A stretch of DNA of 64,000 nt from Candidatus Daviesbacteria bacterium (GTDB lineage Bacteria > Patescibacteriota > Microgenomatia > Daviesbacterales > UBA10151), in contig JACPEW010000011.1 in NCBI GenBank assembly GCA_016183305.1, positions 2,020 through 66,019 on the forward strand. The letters run 5' to 3'. The notes under the pieces are model-generated. The model ran no database searches. It was not told the origin of the DNA and saw only the letters and a program-made list of their open reading frames with translations. A program made the position numbers and the translations under genes. Positions within the stretch are counted from its first letter, which is position 1. Each line of letters opens with the position of its first letter. Positions 62,218 to 64,000 of this stretch are shown here, piece after piece.

Positions 62218-62294
62218 TGTCATTGCGAGCGAACATAGTGAGCGTGGCAATCTTCCGAGGTTGGAAGGTTCCTCGCTAATCACTCGGAATGACA
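62218..62294. repeat. intergenic palindromic element (same family as the miaA insert)
   Basis: TGTCATTGCGAG...GGCAATCTTCC...GCTAATC...GAATGACA. Confidence 0.85.
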
Positions 62295-62296
62295 CA

Positions 62297-63424
62297 TTAA
62301 AAATAATTCTCAATTTGGTCAATGTTAGTGCAAATACTAATCCTGATAGATTGTTTGCCACTTTTACCAAAAGCAGAACCTGGGGTAACGAGAATTTGTT
62401 TTTTTTCTAATAAATAATTGCAAAACTGCTCTGCGTCTTTAAAGTCTGCGGGGATTTTAGCCCAAATGTATAAACTTCCTTTAGGTAAAGTGAAAGTTAG
62501 TCCTAATTGTTTCAGATAATTTGCAATTATATCTCTTCTTTGTTGGTAACTTTTTATCATCTGTTGGTGCCATTTTTTATCAGGATGGTTTAAGGCAAAA
62601 GCCCCTAATTTTTGCAGGGGAGTAGATAAACCAGAATCCATTTGCGATTTTACTTTAGCTAACGCTGTAATTACTTTGCTATTACCAACAATCCAGCCCA
62701 TTCTAAAACCAGCAAAGGAAAAAGTCTTGGAAAAAGATCCTAGTTCAATTGCAATATTTTTAGCACCTGGAATTTGTAAAATAGAAGGAGCAATATAATT
62801 ATCAAAAGTTATTTCTGAATAAGCATTATCATAAGCAATAATAAGGTTGTGTTTTTTAGCAAACTTCACTAATTTATCCAATTGTTCAAGAGAAATTACT
62901 TGACCAGTTGGATTAGAGGGAAAATTAACCCACATGAATTTTGTCTTTTTAGAAATTTTTACATCTATTAATTTTTCTGGATTATAGTAAACAACTCTTC
63001 CTCCCACCATTAAAGCTGTATCAGTATAAGCAGGGTATCCTGGATCTGGAACTAAAACTTCATCGTCTGGGTCTAAAAGAGCCAAAGGTAAGTGGCTCAC
63101 CCCGTCTTTTGCTCCAAGTAAAGGGAAAACTTCAGATTCTTTTAAATTAACCTTAAATCTTTTTTTGTACCAATTAATTAACGCTTGGGAAAATTCGTTA
63201 TTTGCGCCAAAACCAGGATATAAATGAGATTTACCATCAGTAAGAAACTCATCAAATTTTTTAAGGTAAAAGAAGCTGGGTTTTACATCAGGATTACCTG
63301 CTCCAAAATCTAAAACCTTTTTTTTGGATTTTGCTTCTACTGCTTTAACTTTTTTCTGTAATCTGGAAAAAATATATTCAGAGAATACATTTAACCTTTT
63401 AGCGCTTTTTATCATAGTTTCCAA
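62297..63424 (-). CDS. class I/II PLP aminotransferase
   Basis: GNPD, NFPSNPTG, DNAY, SFSKTFSFAGFRMG. Confidence 0.95.
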   Translation of the reverse strand: METMIKSAKRLNVFSEYIFSRLQKKVKAVEAKSKKKVLDFGAGNPDVKPSFFYLKKFDEFLTDGKSHLYPGFGANNEFSQALINWYKKRFKVNLKESEVFPLLGAKDGVSHLPLALLDPDDEVLVPDPGYPAYTDTALMVGGRVVYYNPEKLIDVKISKKTKFMWVNFPSNPTGQVISLEQLDKLVKFAKKHNLIIAYDNAYSEITFDNYIAPSILQIPGAKNIAIELGSFSKTFSFAGFRMGWIVGNSKVITALAKVKSQMDSGLSTPLQKLGAFALNHPDKKWHQQMIKSYQQRRDIIANYLKQLGLTFTLPKGSLYIWAKIPADFKDAEQFCNYLLEKKQILVTPGSAFGKSGKQSIRISICTNIDQIENYF

Positions 63425-63689
63425 CCTCTTTTTGGACCCTTAAAGAATATTGATGGAGTAAGTTAAACATTCTTTTGATAAAAATCTCAGATAAATTAAG
63501 CGATTTTGCTTGGTTTAGGTTGGATTCTAAAATTTTATTCCATCTTTGTTGGTCCAAAATAGGCAAGTTGCGTTTTTTCTTATGTTGTCCAATTTTCCTA
63601 GCCAAACTTAACCTTTTAGCAAGAAGAATTAGAAGTTTTTGGTCGACGCTATTTATCTGTTTCCGCCATTTATCTAATTTATTATCCAT
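63399..63689 (-). CDS. chorismate mutase type II (AroQ)
   Basis: RKQINSVDQKLLILLAKR..IG.HK...PILDQQR. Confidence 0.9.
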   Translation of the reverse strand: MDNKLDKWRKQINSVDQKLLILLAKRLSLARKIGQHKKKRNLPILDQQRWNKILESNLNQAKSLNLSEIFIKRMFNLLHQYSLRVQKEVGNYDKKR

Positions 63690-64000
63690 TTTGGGCCTTA
63701 TGTCTAAGGTAGTGATCTATGATAACCAAGGCTGCCATTGCATCAACAATAGGAATTGCCCGGGGTAACACACAGGCATCATGTCTGCCAGCAGCCTCTA
63801 AGCTCACTTGGCGGCCATTTTTATCTACAGTTTCTTGTTTTTGGGAAATAGTAGAAACAGGTTTAAAAGCTACTCTAAAGTAGATCGTTTCACCGGTAGA
63901 AATTCCGCCCAATGTTCCTCCTGCATTATTAGTTTTTAATTTAATTTTTCCTTGTTGAGAAAAGAATTGATCATTATGTTCTGAACCCCTCATTTTGGTT
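63682..64000 (-). CDS. aroC: chorismate synthase, 3' part (runs off window)
   Basis: GSEHND, TNNAGGTLGGIS, FKPVSTI, GRHDACVLPRA. Confidence 0.96.
   Translation of the reverse strand, partial: TKMRGSEHNDQFFSQQGKIKLKTNNAGGTLGGISTGETIYFRVAFKPVSTISQKQETVDKNGRQVSLEAAGRHDACVLPRAIPIVDAMAALVIIDHYLRHKAQNG

Overview
Low-GC bacterial chromosome window, standard genetic code. Absence of rpmD (L30), a shortened L2 N-terminus and many near-leaderless genes point to a CPR/Patescibacteria (probably Microgenomates-like) organism; this taxon call is inference. 1-21.8 kb: str-S10-spc-alpha-L13/S9 ribosomal superoperon, interrupted by a stand-alone GreA N-terminal domain gene, a DUF3276 gene and a structured rplC leader. 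21.8-25.3 kb: phosphomannomutase, SAM riboswitch-metK, EEP hydrolase. 25.3-31.05 kb is the most unusual part: a tRNA-Pro(GGG)-anchored island with a large serine recombinase whose own 3' end forms the attachment site. Four related att-like sites (one an inverted, near-perfect internal copy of the predicted circle junction) divide it into recombinase and cargo modules, and a covarying structured motif recurs in it. 31-36.6 kb: intein-containing recA, recX, a 6S-like hairpin, rny, an orphan T-box, HU. 36.6-45 kb: a kinase and five GT-C-like membrane glycosyltransferases. 45-58 kb: miaA with in-frame repeat insertions, an AI-2E permease, a ~200-nt minimal RNase P RNA, comM/yifB, secD/secF, CCA enzyme, recJ. 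58-64 kb (minus strand): aroC, chorismate mutase, aminotransferase, a TyrA-PDT fusion, and an Ile/Leu/Val leader-peptide attenuator ahead of an ilvB-like gene. All calls come from reading motifs by eye; no database searches were run.
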